64,000 nucleotides of DNA. It comes from Phoronis australis (taxonomy: Eukaryota > Animalia > Phoronida). The notes under the pieces are model-generated. The model did not search any database and was not told the DNA's origin. It was given only the letters and a program-made list of their open reading frames with translations. Made by a program: the position numbers and the translations under genes. The DNA is taken from the NCBI GenBank assembly GCA_002633005.1, contig NMRA01000435.1, forward strand, positions 1 to 64,000, written 5' to 3'. Position 1 is the first letter of the stretch. The number at the start of each line of letters is the position of its first letter. This document shows positions 1-12,900 of this stretch, one piece after another.

Positions 1-1415
1 GATTATGCAGTTTCAGTCTTGCTTCACGCAAGGCAAAGGTTTTGCCCAGCGATGAACTGGCCAGCTGCTTGGCATCGTCATTAACACATGTCTCCGAGAA
101 AGGACTGGACCCGAATGAGTAAGGCAAGTTTCGCGAATCAGACTTATGACGCAGACTGCGGCATTTGTCTGGGATTGGCGTAGCACCATTGTCACTGTCG
201 ACGCTGAAATTCAATAAGACATAAATTTTAAGTTTATCACACTCTCCTTATGAGAGCCCAAAGCTTGCTATCTTGGATTTATTCCCTTTTCTCCGACCTT
301 TTACGGGGCAGGTACTGGTAAGTTACTTATGCAGCAACCTAAAGGACTCTCGACATTTGACTCGTGTAAGATTCCAGGTCACAATCATGAATCTGTGTTT
401 ATTATTAAGCAAACACAAATAACTCGGAACCTACTGTTTGCTTTCAGAACTGTCTCAATACATGCAGGGCTCTCGTTTAGTTTAGCAATGGGCCCAAACA
501 TGAGGCCTGAACATGTCTGATGCACCACAATAAAAGACATCTGACCATCTGCAATTTTTTTTACCTTTTCCAAAAGTCATCAATCAGTTTGCCTGGCTCT
601 CCATTCTGTGTTTCACCTTTCCTGAAATGAAGAACACAGGTTTAAATGTAATGTGACCCTTGATACATCGTGAAACTTTGTCAGTTGAACTAGTAACAAC
701 ATGGACCAGTCTGATTCCATAGACAGACATCTTTCTCAACAATTCTAAACAGTGTGATGAGTATGTCATTAATTATAGAAAAAATTAAGAAGCTTGAGAT
801 TTGGTCTGTGATGATTTTTGCCCAATGTTTAGAATTCTAATCCTTATGAGAACCGGCCATTGCAAGACAGCTTTGAACAGAAGTATTACAGTAAACATTC
901 TTCAATTTTGGAAAATCATCTGCTAAAATTGACACTTTGCTATTTTTCAAAAGCTCTATTTTTAGCAAAATGTTGTTCGGAACCAATGTGCCAGTAATTG
1001 CGTCACATAACTATGTCATTTTAATAAAATTTAAACAGAAAGACAGTTTCACTTACAGCAAAATAACAATACCAATAGCTTGACCAAATTTCGCTTGATA
1101 TAAATGTTTAAAATGAAATCTCAATAACACTTGGCAACTAACCGTTTAAGCCTGTACAAACGTTCAACTTGGCCCTTCGTTATGCTTCAACAAGCGATAA
1201 AAATAAAAAAACGAGCATCCGAGTTTTAATACTTTCCCACCCCGTAAGTTGACTGTTACCATGACATCCATGACATTAACAGGAATCAGAGAAAACACGC
1301 ACCTGGGACTGCGGGTAACTTACCACACTTGGTCAACCTTTAACTTCTTGAAGACGCTACTGAGAACAACATGTTCCTCATCAGTGTCGTACCGATCAGG
1401 CTCGTTACTGGCCAT
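1..1415 (-). CDS. OSER1: Oxidative stress-responsive serine-rich protein 1 (OSER1)-like, 5' part; continues past the left edge
   Basis: Coding exon 1415-1324 reads MASNEPDRYDTDEEHVVLSSVFKKLKVDQV and ends at a GTAAGT donor. It splices in phase to exon 203-1 (ttgaatttcag acceptor; CVDSDNGATPIPDKCRSLRHKSDSRNLPYSFGSSPF..., open to the edge). EEHVVLSSVFKKLKVD resembles the OSER1 N-terminal motif EEESLQTAFKKLRVD, recalled from memory. The diagnostic C-terminus lies outside the window. Confidence 0.65.
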
Positions 1416-2863
1416 ATTCTGTGTCACAGTCACTGACTAATCACCTGAGGAGACACCGTAACAACGTTCAAAGCACATCCGCGAACAACATAGAGTCGTT
1501 GTTTACACAAAAAAGTAAGAAACAATAGCGAGTCGTCACTTCTCAAGTTTTATTATGAATATTTCAAGCTCAAATGCTTATCATACATTTTGAAACTGTG
1601 AAATATTATCCATTTTGTTGTATTCTAATTAAAAAATTACACCATCAGCTGTCATAGTCAGTCCTCAGCTCAAATAGAACTAAAAGGCCATCCAAAAATT
1701 TTTGAATAATTTGTAAAATGGACAAAATCAGAAAAATAGGGGAACAATTTTTGTTGATTGAGCTAGCCCAAATCAAATCAAATTTCCTTAGAGTATTTAG
1801 GGAACCATAAACAGTTTTACCCGGTTATTTTTTGCCTCTTTCTACCTTTCTCTAATAACCACGAATCAAATCACTTGCCATCTTGTACTCTCAAATTTTG
1901 ACGTAATGACCTCTTATTCTAACAATTAGTAGTAACCCAAATGCCAGCCAATGAGCCAAGTGAATGCTCTATTTCGTGCTTTGACAAAAATGGAAATGAC
2001 AATAGAATAGTAAAACGTTCAATCTTCAAGTGAATAAGTTACTTTGAAGGACTTGATTTCTGTGTAGTTATTTTTGCCAAATTATTTTTAGCAGATAAAT
2101 GTGTTCAAGTGATTTTTATTTCACCTTGTGCAGGTTAGTATTTGATGAGTAATTTGAGTGTGACATGTATGACAGTTGACACTAAATTTTACATTTTCGA
2201 CCTTCCAATCCTGTTTATAGTATACTGGGGAGCCCAATGTTCGTCCGCCTAAGCATAAAACCGACTTGCTGTTGTACTCACCGAATTATTCCACTTCAAA
2301 GTTATGATCTGAATAGGATTCGATTTAACTCTCACAGATATACCGCATTCATCGATTCGGAAGTTTTCTTTAATTTCTGCCGAGTTATTTCAAATGTGCA
2401 CTGCCTTCGGCAGCCATTTTATTCTGAAACCTAAGTTCGTCATATGCTGCCCCCTTTTGTAAAAACTGAGAAACATGCAGAAAAAGGCCAACGAAGTAAT
2501 GAAAATTGCAACAGCCTGTTTTTATTGACATAAACTCGATTTGAAGCTTTGATGTTGAGCTCTGCACTGTGGTTTCCAATAAAAGCCAATTGGACATTTC
2601 AATGCAGTTTAATGGTGAACGTGAGGCAAAAATGTTAAGAACCCAGAGTATCGCATTTGTCTGCGGATTTTTCCTTTGGCCTTCTAGATCCTACTAGTGC
2701 CTGGGAAAAACAGATACATTGCATAAACAAACCCTGGATCATGTTTTGTGTCCCGTCGGAAGAAAATTTAAATTCGAAAACATCTTCTGAAAACGCACAA
2801 AAAAGTGTATTAGTAAAATCTACTGATTTTTAAGTGGTTTTAAAAAACAATCGGTAAACTCAC

Positions 2864-3016
2864 CGATTTTTGTCTCATTACTTTGATACGTGTCTCTTCC
2901 GATAAGTTAGTACCTAACGTGCAGACGAGAACTCCAAATTGGAACGCTAAGTCCCGCGTGGTTGCGCTGCACGCGAAACAAGATGGCGGGCGAACTTTGG
3001 AGCCTGACGAAAATAG
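2864..3016. promoter_or_regulatory. Putative bidirectional promoter and non-coding first exons for OSER1-like (-) and MTDH-like (+)
   Basis: CpG-rich patch. A minus-strand donor (G|GTGAGT) at 2863 would pair with a ctcag acceptor near 1445. A plus-strand donor (AG|GTAACC) at 3016/3017 would pair with the ttcttacag acceptor at 3816. YY1-type AAGATGGCGG at 2980-2989. Confidence 0.55.
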
Positions 3017-3350
3017 GTAACCGGACGATACTAGTGGGTTGGTTTAATGACTACAGCTATCACACTTACAACAAGGCTACGCTGTAAAAACCCTAACGAT
3101 GCTGGTTGATGAATGCAATGCAGTAAAACGCAACTTTATGAAGTTTATTTCGGCGATTCATTTTGAAACACTGGCATTGGCAAAGATCCAAGAGAAAGGG
3201 TGACTCACTAAAATATCTAACATCAGATTAGAAGAGATCGAATGAAAAGTCCGCCAGCACTGGTCGGACCGATTTGAGAAGCAGTTTCATCTACTAAATA
3301 ACTGGCCCGTTTTTTAGTGACTGCCTGGATCGCTAAATCCGACCAGACTG

Positions 3351-3368
3351 GACCAGCAGAGGGCAGTG
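3351..3368 (+). promoter_or_regulatory. CTCF-like motif
   Basis: gaCCAGCAGAGGGCAGtg matches the CTCF core consensus CCASYAGRKGGCRS. Confidence 0.5.
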
Positions 3369-3959
3369 TCAAGTCCGCCTTCGTTCCATGACTTGTCATT
3401 TATCGTATGAACTCTACCTAGAGTCTCAGCTCTTAGGACTGAGAAAAGAACTTAGGTTGAACATACACAACAAACTTTTAATAATTTTTACACTCTAATA
3501 CTCAAATACATCAATAAATGTTACTTACATTACATTGTTTACAAATAAACAAGTAAAAATGCCACTGCCAACGCCATCAGATGCTTTTTGTGCTAACGTC
3601 ATCGATCTTTGTTTATGTGTAGAAGTGAACAAGTATGTATTTTCGGCTCAATTAAATTTTGTATTGAAATCAAACACCGAAACCAAATCTTGAATAAAAG
3701 TCTTTAAATTAATGAAATTTTAATTTAAAAAAAAGTAATTCTTTAAATAAATGAGTTATAAATCATTTTGTTAGTAAAATGTTATTTCAATGAAATTTGC
3801 ATTTTTATTCTTACAGTCTTATTTCTGTACACGAAGATTAGTGACGTCACATTGTTGACGTAGCAGACAGGATCTTCATGCAGAGTGTCTTATGTCTCCA
3901 TATTTTTTGATATATCTTAGCGAATCTTTGTCTTTTGTGAAGTAATTTTGTTCTCCGAA

Positions 3960-6900
3960 ATGGAGTTAAACGAAGTGATGACAGCATTGAATCCTCAGTT
4001 AGCGCTACCTGTCGTCGGAGTGGTACTATTTGTATTTCTTGTCTTTGCCTTTGGAGTCCGATCATCTGTGCAGCCCCCAAGTTTCGACTTCTTTGACGAA
4101 AGTGACAGACGAAGCAAAAAGTCGAAAAAGACAAAGGTAGGGGCGTGTTCAGTTTACATAAGCTGTACGATTTACAAGGAGTGGTTATTCTATGCTTTTA
4201 CTTATTTTGGTCCAAAATGTGTTTTTAGCTGCATTTTGCCTATTATTGAGTACAGTCAAGTGACCTAATTATCGGACGTTTTGGCACATTTTGCGTTATA
4301 TTTAATTGAAAATATTACGGATTGTCGAAAATTCTTTGCTGAAATAAAGATTTACCTTCACGGAATTGTTCTGTTACTATATCTTGTCACTGAAAGCCAC
4401 ATTTATGTTCCGACTGATCTTCAAAAAACACAACAACCAAACCTTCGGAGAACCTAAATATCGGACACCATGTTTCTCCATACGCCACACCGCGGAAAAC
4501 TGTCTAACCACGTAATGGCCGCGGGCACCTTGTCGCCAAATTTCAGCTCGAGTGTTTTGACATATATGCTGCTAGAACCCAGGTCCTTTCGCAACAAAAT
4601 TATCCATGAAATGAAATCTGATGACGGCGCCAAGTCGTTTCGATGAATTAGTGCAGACGACTAAAGCACGTGCAAACTCACTGCAGTTTTTAGTATCACT
4701 TAGGCTTCTTGATATGACACCCGCACGTGCGCGGTCGGGGTTTGACTTGAGTTTAAAAACAAACCAAAACAATGGAACAGTGACATATTGTCAGTTCAAT
4801 GAGATGGTTTCATTGTGGAAAAAGATTTTATTTTCATCTTTTATAACCGATTTATGCGATCGTCCATTTTAGGCCGACTTGGGGGTCTAAATTGCACCCT
4901 CTCTCGGTGAAATCAAAACGAGGCAACGCTGTAAAAAAACGAGACGGTGCCGGACATTGAATGCATTACAACGGAACAAAAATTGGTGTCATTTAATTCT
5001 CAGATTATGCTTCAAGTAAGATTCTATGAAATGTCCGATATTTAGGTTCCGTCCGATAATTAGGTACACTATGTGTATAGTATTAGTAGTCAAGTAGGCA
5101 AATTATAATGTAGACAGTGACCTCCTTTTCCGCTTAGAGGTACACCTTAGGAGCCTGTTGATGTATTTGATTCCTTCCAAGCTCCAACTCAAACAAACAC
5201 TCCCGTCATCAAACTTTTTCTTCGAGAAGTCCCTCGTTCAGTTCCGAAAATTGGTAACTCATCATTTTAACACTGCGCGCCAGGGGATATGACGTCATAC
5301 CACCTGGCGCGCACAGTGTTGAAAATGGTGAGTTACCGACTTTGGGTACTGAACAAGGGACTGCTCGAAGAAAAAGTTTGGTATCGGGAGTATTTGTTCG
5401 AGTTGGAAGGAATTTAAGACATTAACGGCCTCGTAAGGTGCATCATCTATGCTCAACAGGTACGTTTAACAATTTGACTTTGATTTTTTAAGCAGTGTGG
5501 GGCATACTTCACCGAAAATCTTCTGGCGTATGAAGTGCCTACAGGAGTTTCTCCATTGGTAGTTCAACTAGAGACGATGGCCACCCAGGCTTTTATCCAG
5601 GATTTCAAAAATAGGGTGTCCAAAATGGGGGTCCCAATATTCCAGGGCGTCCATGATTCCGACGCGTAAACCCCCACCCCTAGCAATCCCCCCAAACACA
5701 CAGATTTTTTTACAAAAAATGCATAGACCAAGGTTTTTACATCTAAGTTTACAAAACAGACTTCTGTAGTGAGCATTTTTATTAAAAAAAATTGGAGACC
5801 AAGACTTTTACCATGCTATCAACCAAGTGTGAGCATAGCAACATTGTATATACTTTGTATATTTCTTCCTGCTTTGAGAAAAGAGCCATCACTGTGAGTC
5901 TTCATAGGCTTCCTAGTGATCATTACAATGTGTGTATCCAAACTTGAAAGGTTCCTATTGATAGTGGACACCCAAATGATACATTGGGGTCCTTTCTAGG
6001 GCGTCCACATTAGTGCTAGGGCATCCAAATGGACGTAGGCTTTATAAAGGCCTGTGGCCACTGTCTAAAGGTCTTAGATACTTATGTCATGCAGGGAACT
6101 CAAGTTCGAGTCTGGCCATCGGTAGATTTTTCTACACTGGCACCCATGTTGGATGCCAATGCTGTAAACGATGCTTGAGTACTAGCTATTGCGTATTGCC
6201 TACCTCTCTAAGTGCTGCTCTACTACAGAGAAATGAGACTGTGACTGGTTAAACTGCAAGTGATGGACTTTTCGTCACTGACAATGGAGCGATCACATTT
6301 GCAGTCTTACCTCTCGCACAGTTCCTAGCAGATTACACTACTCGTGGTTTCTAGTATCACGTGACCGTCAGTAACATTATTCATGGATAATTGAAACCAC
6401 CAAAACCAGGCAGTGCATTCCCGTTTTAACACGACAATTCCTAGTAGTATTTGGACTTAAGTCTTCATACAGCTAACTGGCTAGCTACTGTCTGCCAGCC
6501 ACGCTGAGAGGAAGCAGCACAGACCTGTCTTCGTTACTCTCTGTTAAGTGATAAGCTGGCAACAGTATGAAAATCAACGTACCTCTTTTACTCTCATCTG
6601 TCTCATTCGGCTGCAATTCAAGATTGAATAAGTGTTATGTTTTAAGTGCACTCATACTGGTTTAATTTTTACTTCATCTGGAATCTGCTTGATAGAAGCG
6701 CACAATATCTGAAAAATTTATAGTTACTTAAACTGTTAAATGGGCTTGTTTTTCAGATTTTAATTCACAGTTTCCAGTTTCATGATATGGGGCAATCTTA
6801 TTTTCTGAACTTCTTTTCCGACGTGGCTATTCATATTGCACTTTAGCGCAAGAATCTACTGGAAGGGGAATCGACCACGACCACCAGGCATCTTTGGAAC

Positions 6901-9900
6901 GATGATTTTTATGACACCCAAAAAGTCATATACAAGCCGGAGGGCAATTTGTTTGGACAGCGATTCCACATTAAAAATCCATGCTAGTTTATCATGAAAG
7001 TCATGCTATGCCGAACAGGGCTCGACGCTAATAAAATCGCCAGGTCGCATTTTGCGACCTAGCCAAAATCCCAGGTCGCATTTTCAAAATCCAGCTCGCA
7101 TTCGTAAATGCCAGGTCGCAAAATTTTCCCGCCATTTTTACGCGCCAAAACAGATTTTTTAGATCATCGGGAAAATGTTTAGATTATGCTCTTACCTGCA
7201 GCGTTAAATACTCACAAATTTCGGATTTCAAAATTGACTTCATTCATGCAGGTACGGCCTTACTGTTCTTCACGACCGCCATTGAAAGTCTCTAGAGCGC
7301 AAGGCAAGTTGCCGACGTGAAAGTTGAATCAGTGCTCTCTAACTGACTCGTGCATTCGAGTANNNNNNNNNNNNNNNNNNNNNNNNNNNNNNNNNNNNNN
7401 NNNNNNNNNNNNNNNNNNNNNNNNNNNNNNNNNNNNNNNNNNNNNNNNNNNNNNNNNNNNNNNNNNNNNNNNNNNNNNNNNNNNNNNNNNNNNNNNNNNN
7501 NNNNNNNNNNNNNNNNNNNNNNNNNNNNNNNNNNNNNNNNNNNNNNNNNNNNNNNNNNNNNNNNNNNNNNNNNNNNNNNNNNNNNNNNNNNNNNNNNNNN
7601 NNNNNNNNNNNNNNNNNNNNNNNNNNNNNNNNNNNNNNNNNNNNNNNNNNNNNNNNNNNNNNNNNNNNNNNNNNNNNNNNNNNNNNNNNNNNNNNNNNNN
7701 NNNNNNNNNNNNNNNNNNNNNNNNNNNNNNNNNNNNNNNNNNNNNNNNNNNNNNNNNNNNNNNNNNNNNNNNNNNNNNNNNNNNNNNNNNNNNNNNNNNN
7801 NNNNNNNNNNNNNNNNNNNNNNNNNNNNNNNNNNNNNNNNNNNNNNNNNNNNNNNNNNNNNNNNNNNNNNNNNNNNNNNNNNNNNNNNNNNNNNNNNNNN
7901 NNNNNNNNNNNNNNNNNNNNNNNNNNNNNNNNNNNNNNNNNNNNNNNNNNNNNNNNNNNNNNNNNNNNNNNNNNNNNNNNNNNNNNNNNNNNNNNNNNNN
8001 NNNNNNNNNNNNNNNNNNNNNNNNNNNNNNNNNNNNNNNNNNTTATCACGTGTAAGCAGTGGCCCGAAACTTTCTTCGGCGAATCCGGGAATTTACAAAA
8101 GTGGCCGAAAGTGTTAGCCAATGAAACGCGTCAAAGATCGATTCTGCATATCCCATGTTCACGCGACTTGCTTACAAGTCATCGGGAGGCCTGTTCTCGG
8201 TTAGTGTTCTTTTGAACTTGTATTTGGCAACAACCAAATAACGGTCGGATTAACAAGAGCTGCTTTGTATTTGCCAGGTATCTGTTGAGAAGTGTAAAAA
8301 CTCAGCTCGCATTCGTTGGAAATTCCAGGTCGCATTTTGCGACTTTATACGAGCTGACAAAAATCTCAGCTCGCATTTCCAAATTTCAGGTCGCAAATGC
8401 GACCTGCAGCTCGTTATGTCGAGCCCTGCCGAAGAAGTTAGCCAAGTCAAAATCTGTCAATCAGAATTGTCATAAATGTGCAAGTTTGCTGAAGTATGGG
8501 CGTTAGAGTATCTTGTAGGATGGTCGCTTTCAAAGGGTTCAAAAACCTGAACATGCTTCTCAGTGGTCCTCATAGAAATCTGGAAATGTGGAAACAACAA
8601 AATAGTCATGGAAATTTGGGAAAATCCATTAGACTCTGACAGGAAACTATTCTTGAAGAACAAGCCTCATTGTATGAGTCTTTGTTGTGTGTTCATTTTG
8701 TGGTAAGCGTTGTCCAAAATTTGGGACACTGCGAAACTTTAATTGTCTTGATTCTGAACACTGGCATAGGCAATTTTGGTATAAAGAGTGTCTGAAAATA
8801 GATTTGGCAGTTCATATGATCACCAAAAGTAGCCACTGACGCTGTGTTTTCACATGTCCGCATATTGCGTGTAACATCGAGGTGAATAATATTTTGATGA
8901 TCACAGTTCTTGAATTTGGGATGACCACTATGGCCCGTTTTTAAAATTTGGTACAAGCTGTATTAATTTTTCACTGTTACCAATTATGGAATTTTCACTC
9001 CAGTAACCCATGGATGTGTTTGATAATAATCATTGGTGATGGTATATAGTGGCTGTTTCAGAAGCAGTTTTCTGTTGTAGAAAATTGGTTCTCAAAATGT
9101 GGGTCCATTATATTTTGCCAGTTCCTAATTACAAAATGGCAATAGTTAATGTGCCTTGTTTGAAAACCAGTTACTTTCATTGAATAACAGATGTTATACC
9201 ACAATATCAGCCTCAAATGGCTAATTCAACCGTGTAATAACTCATATAGTTATTAAACAGCGTTAGATAACATTTTGGCGGGAAACCGAATCCGGTTTTG
9301 AGTTCACTTCGCAAGAGTTTCGAGTCGTCGACTTTACTACTGCACCATGCAGCAGATGATGTCATCGAATGTTAAAATAGAATACTTAGTTGAGCACGCG
9401 CAACAATTGCATGTTCAACAAACGGCATGGTACCGAAATTTATCCTTATGAAAAATAAGACACACAATTTGAATAAACGACATCTTTAATTCAGTAAAAT
9501 TTATCTGTCATTTTCTCTCACTTGCAAATCATCGATGTCCAATTTGAGTGCGAGTAATTTGTCGTCGGGATCCTTAGAATTGGATATTAAATTCTGTAGC
9601 TATTGGTAGCCTACTTTTGCAGACGATATTTTCTCGGTGGAAGCTTAGCATGAAAAGCTGGGAAGTAGGCTAGACTAGTTCCTTAAAATTATTTTAAAGA
9701 TTCACTTTATTTCTATTTTGTTTCAATTTTTATTTCATTTTAAGTAGAAACATCATTTTAACAAGAAAAACTCAGTGTTTCTTAAAAGGTCCCAACCTCC
9801 GACCCCAGGCCTCTGACATAGAAAGTAGTTACAAAAGCCGAGGCGAGTCGAGAAAGGTAGATTGATTCATTGCAATGTTCGCCATTCAGTGTGTGGTATA

Positions 9901-12900
9901 ACCCCCTCGAGCAATAATTGTCCAAAATCCACTCAGGCTCTAGATTACGGGGGGATAACGACTTCGCCATGTAAGATATTTATCATTTTAAATAACTTGT
10001 TCTTATCAGACCAAAAGTTCAGGTCTGTACCCCGACTTGCTTTGAGACCTGCACTCAGTGACTAAAAAGACGAAAGACGCCCTCGTCAATTTCAGCCAAG
10101 GTCTGGTGTCTGGCAAGGCTAAGCAAAGTACAAAACACCATGATTTACCATGCGTTGAGTAAAAGAAAAAAACAAATGCCACATAAGTTTTGCTCGTCTC
10201 AGGTGGACCTTTTTTGAAACGGTGAGCAACTAAAAGAGTACCGTACTACCAACTTGATTTTCAAAAAAGAAAACAGATCAGACCCAACTGTAACCTCTTT
10301 TGCCTCAACACCCCAAATTATGGGTAATTTCATCCAACAATTACCACACTTATTTTCATTATGTTTGTCCCCTTTTTTGTGGGAAGTGGAGCTTGCAGAA
10401 TTGAAAACACAATACGAGTGGGATTAGGAATCATCCCATGCCTCTGAAAACGACTGAACATTCGAACCTTTTTGTGTATTGTGAATCTGAGGATTGTCTA
10501 ATGTCTCCGTTTTCTTCACTTACATTTGTATCTCAATCACTCGTGATGGCATTATTGAATTTTCTGAGGTTTATGTTTTGGTCATGAATTGTGACCCTAA
10601 ATCTGATGTCGGCTAATGGGTTTGCCATGTTGAAAGACTGTTCAAATAAAGGATGATCAAAAACAGTTTGGTTTTGTTTTGGCTATATCCCCAAAGACAA
10701 ATGCCAAAATTTTGTGCAAAACAAGACTCAAGTATGAAATGATATGGCTCCTCAGTTAGTTTGATGATAAGCATAGTTGGTTCTCACTTACCTGAGGGGA
10801 AGGTGCCTGTGTTTTCTGAGCAGGGAATTTTTGGTCGAGTGGAAAATTCACCCCCTGCCCCTTTCACCAACCCCCCTCCATCACCACCCCCTCACTGATG
10901 AAGCCAAAACTAACGTTTTGCAGAAGTGATTCTGATCTTCAGAGGAATTTTTTAATCATTGGAGGGCAATTTTGTGTGATGTTTAAATATAATCCTAGGG
11001 GNTCGAGACTCCTGGTTGTGGCTTGTACTTCTACTTATTTTGAAACTTGCATTCACTGTCTTAAAAAATAAACATAGCCAAGGTCTGGTTTTTTCAAAGG
11101 CATGTAATCACCGGTATTAGAAAAGATTGACATGCTATAATTTGCCATGCCATGAGAAAAATACAAATTTGCCACGCCATGAGAAAAATACAATCCCACA
11201 TCGTTGTTGCTTGTTGGATTTTATTTTTTGAAAAGTGAACTACTAAAAAGCAAACCGCACCACTCTTGATTTCAAAAAACAAACCAGTCTATTTTCATAC
11301 TCTGTTGATACAAATTATTCTATATTTGAAAAATGTCCCAAGGTCCCAATCTTCATAATCAAGAAAATTCAATTTCGGCTTGAAAGTCAAGTGTCTGAAA
11401 TTTTAGAGGCTTTCTCTGACTGCATAATTTTTACCTGGGGCAAGATGGCCAGCCTTTCAAAGACATAAAATGATACACTGGATTTGCATGAAAAATAACC
11501 AGACAATTACTGAACTGCAATTAAACTCACGTTGACCTAAGTTCCAAGAACTGTCATTTTTATTTAAGATGACATTTAATATTTACAACTGAAATTTCTA
11601 TCTGGATAATCTGAATAACATTTCCCTAGTGAATGTAACTGACCCTCACGATTGTTATCAGTTTGCTTAAACTGCTAAATGTGTAACCTCCAATACAATT
11701 TCTTTCATGGTCATCCAATTCTACCCCCAACCCTGTGCGTTTTTTAGCCATTCAAATCCTTGGTTGTAGGAATCTGTCACAATGCAAGGTTCTAAATGTC
11801 AGAATAAGCAGGTGTGGAACATAAACTGAAGGAAATAAAACACCCTAACTGTAACAAACAAAATTGCAGCTGTGAGACCACCTCAGTACAAGTGGTGACA
11901 GCCTATAGTTGTATGTTGTAAGATAATAGTTTAACTGCTATTCATGTGGTAGGTCTAATAAGCAAATTTACAATCTGTTTTCTTGACTGAAGATCACCAG
12001 CAGGGGTGCTCATGATATAAAACATTAAATTACTACTGACTGTTGGTTCATTACCGCCACCTGGTGGATTTTGAGTTAATTTAAAGGCACACGAACCAGA
12101 GACTGTGAAAAATTTTGTTCCTAATTTAAGCATTCACTGTCCAATGACTATCCCTCGAAAGTCTGCTGCTTCATGACTTTCCTAGCTTGGATGTCGTGCA
12201 CTCTACTGCCACTTTATGAACCATGTATCTGTGCAGTTTCACGTGAAACATCTAGTTTTTTGGATCATTTTTGACTCGCGACAATTGTCACTGGTTTACT
12301 GGGCAGCATTACATAGACCACATTTCAGACGGTTATGCGAGAATAATGAGATACGCAAGACGGCGCAAAATTAGGTGAGGCAAATGTGAAGGTTTCGCGA
12401 GTATGCTCGACGAAAACTTGGGAGCATTAGCTAGCAAAATGGCCGACACTGAACTAAGTGATCAGCGAGGTGGGAAAGTTGAATTATGATATAGAATTCA
12501 CAGTTTCCGTTCCATCAGCGAAAATTTTTTACTGCATGTGCAAGTGTATGTCGAGAGTCTTTGGTATCCGGAGCGCTGGCCTGGGTCTGGGCTCTAATCT
12601 TTTTACTCAAAATCGAACTCAAAATTATTTTTGAAATTTTCTGTTCTATTTTTGTGCGAACTCTAGATAAGTGACTATCTTTCTATGCTCGAGTACATTG
12701 TGGCTTACATGAAAAATTTTCTAATCTTAGTTTGCACTTGATGACATCAGCATTATAACAAGTCTATTTGAAATTTTGAGTTTTTACTCGAATTCTAGAG
12801 TTTTTACTTGAGTTTCTGGCACAAGTATAGGAGTCATCATGTGGAAGATTGGACTAAAAACTCATATGCATGAACCGTACCGTCACTTATCATGAGTTCG

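Noticed and set aside
7324-8121. Long ORFs in the track here and at 61056-61645
   Set aside because: They consist of X residues from N gaps inside a transposon.
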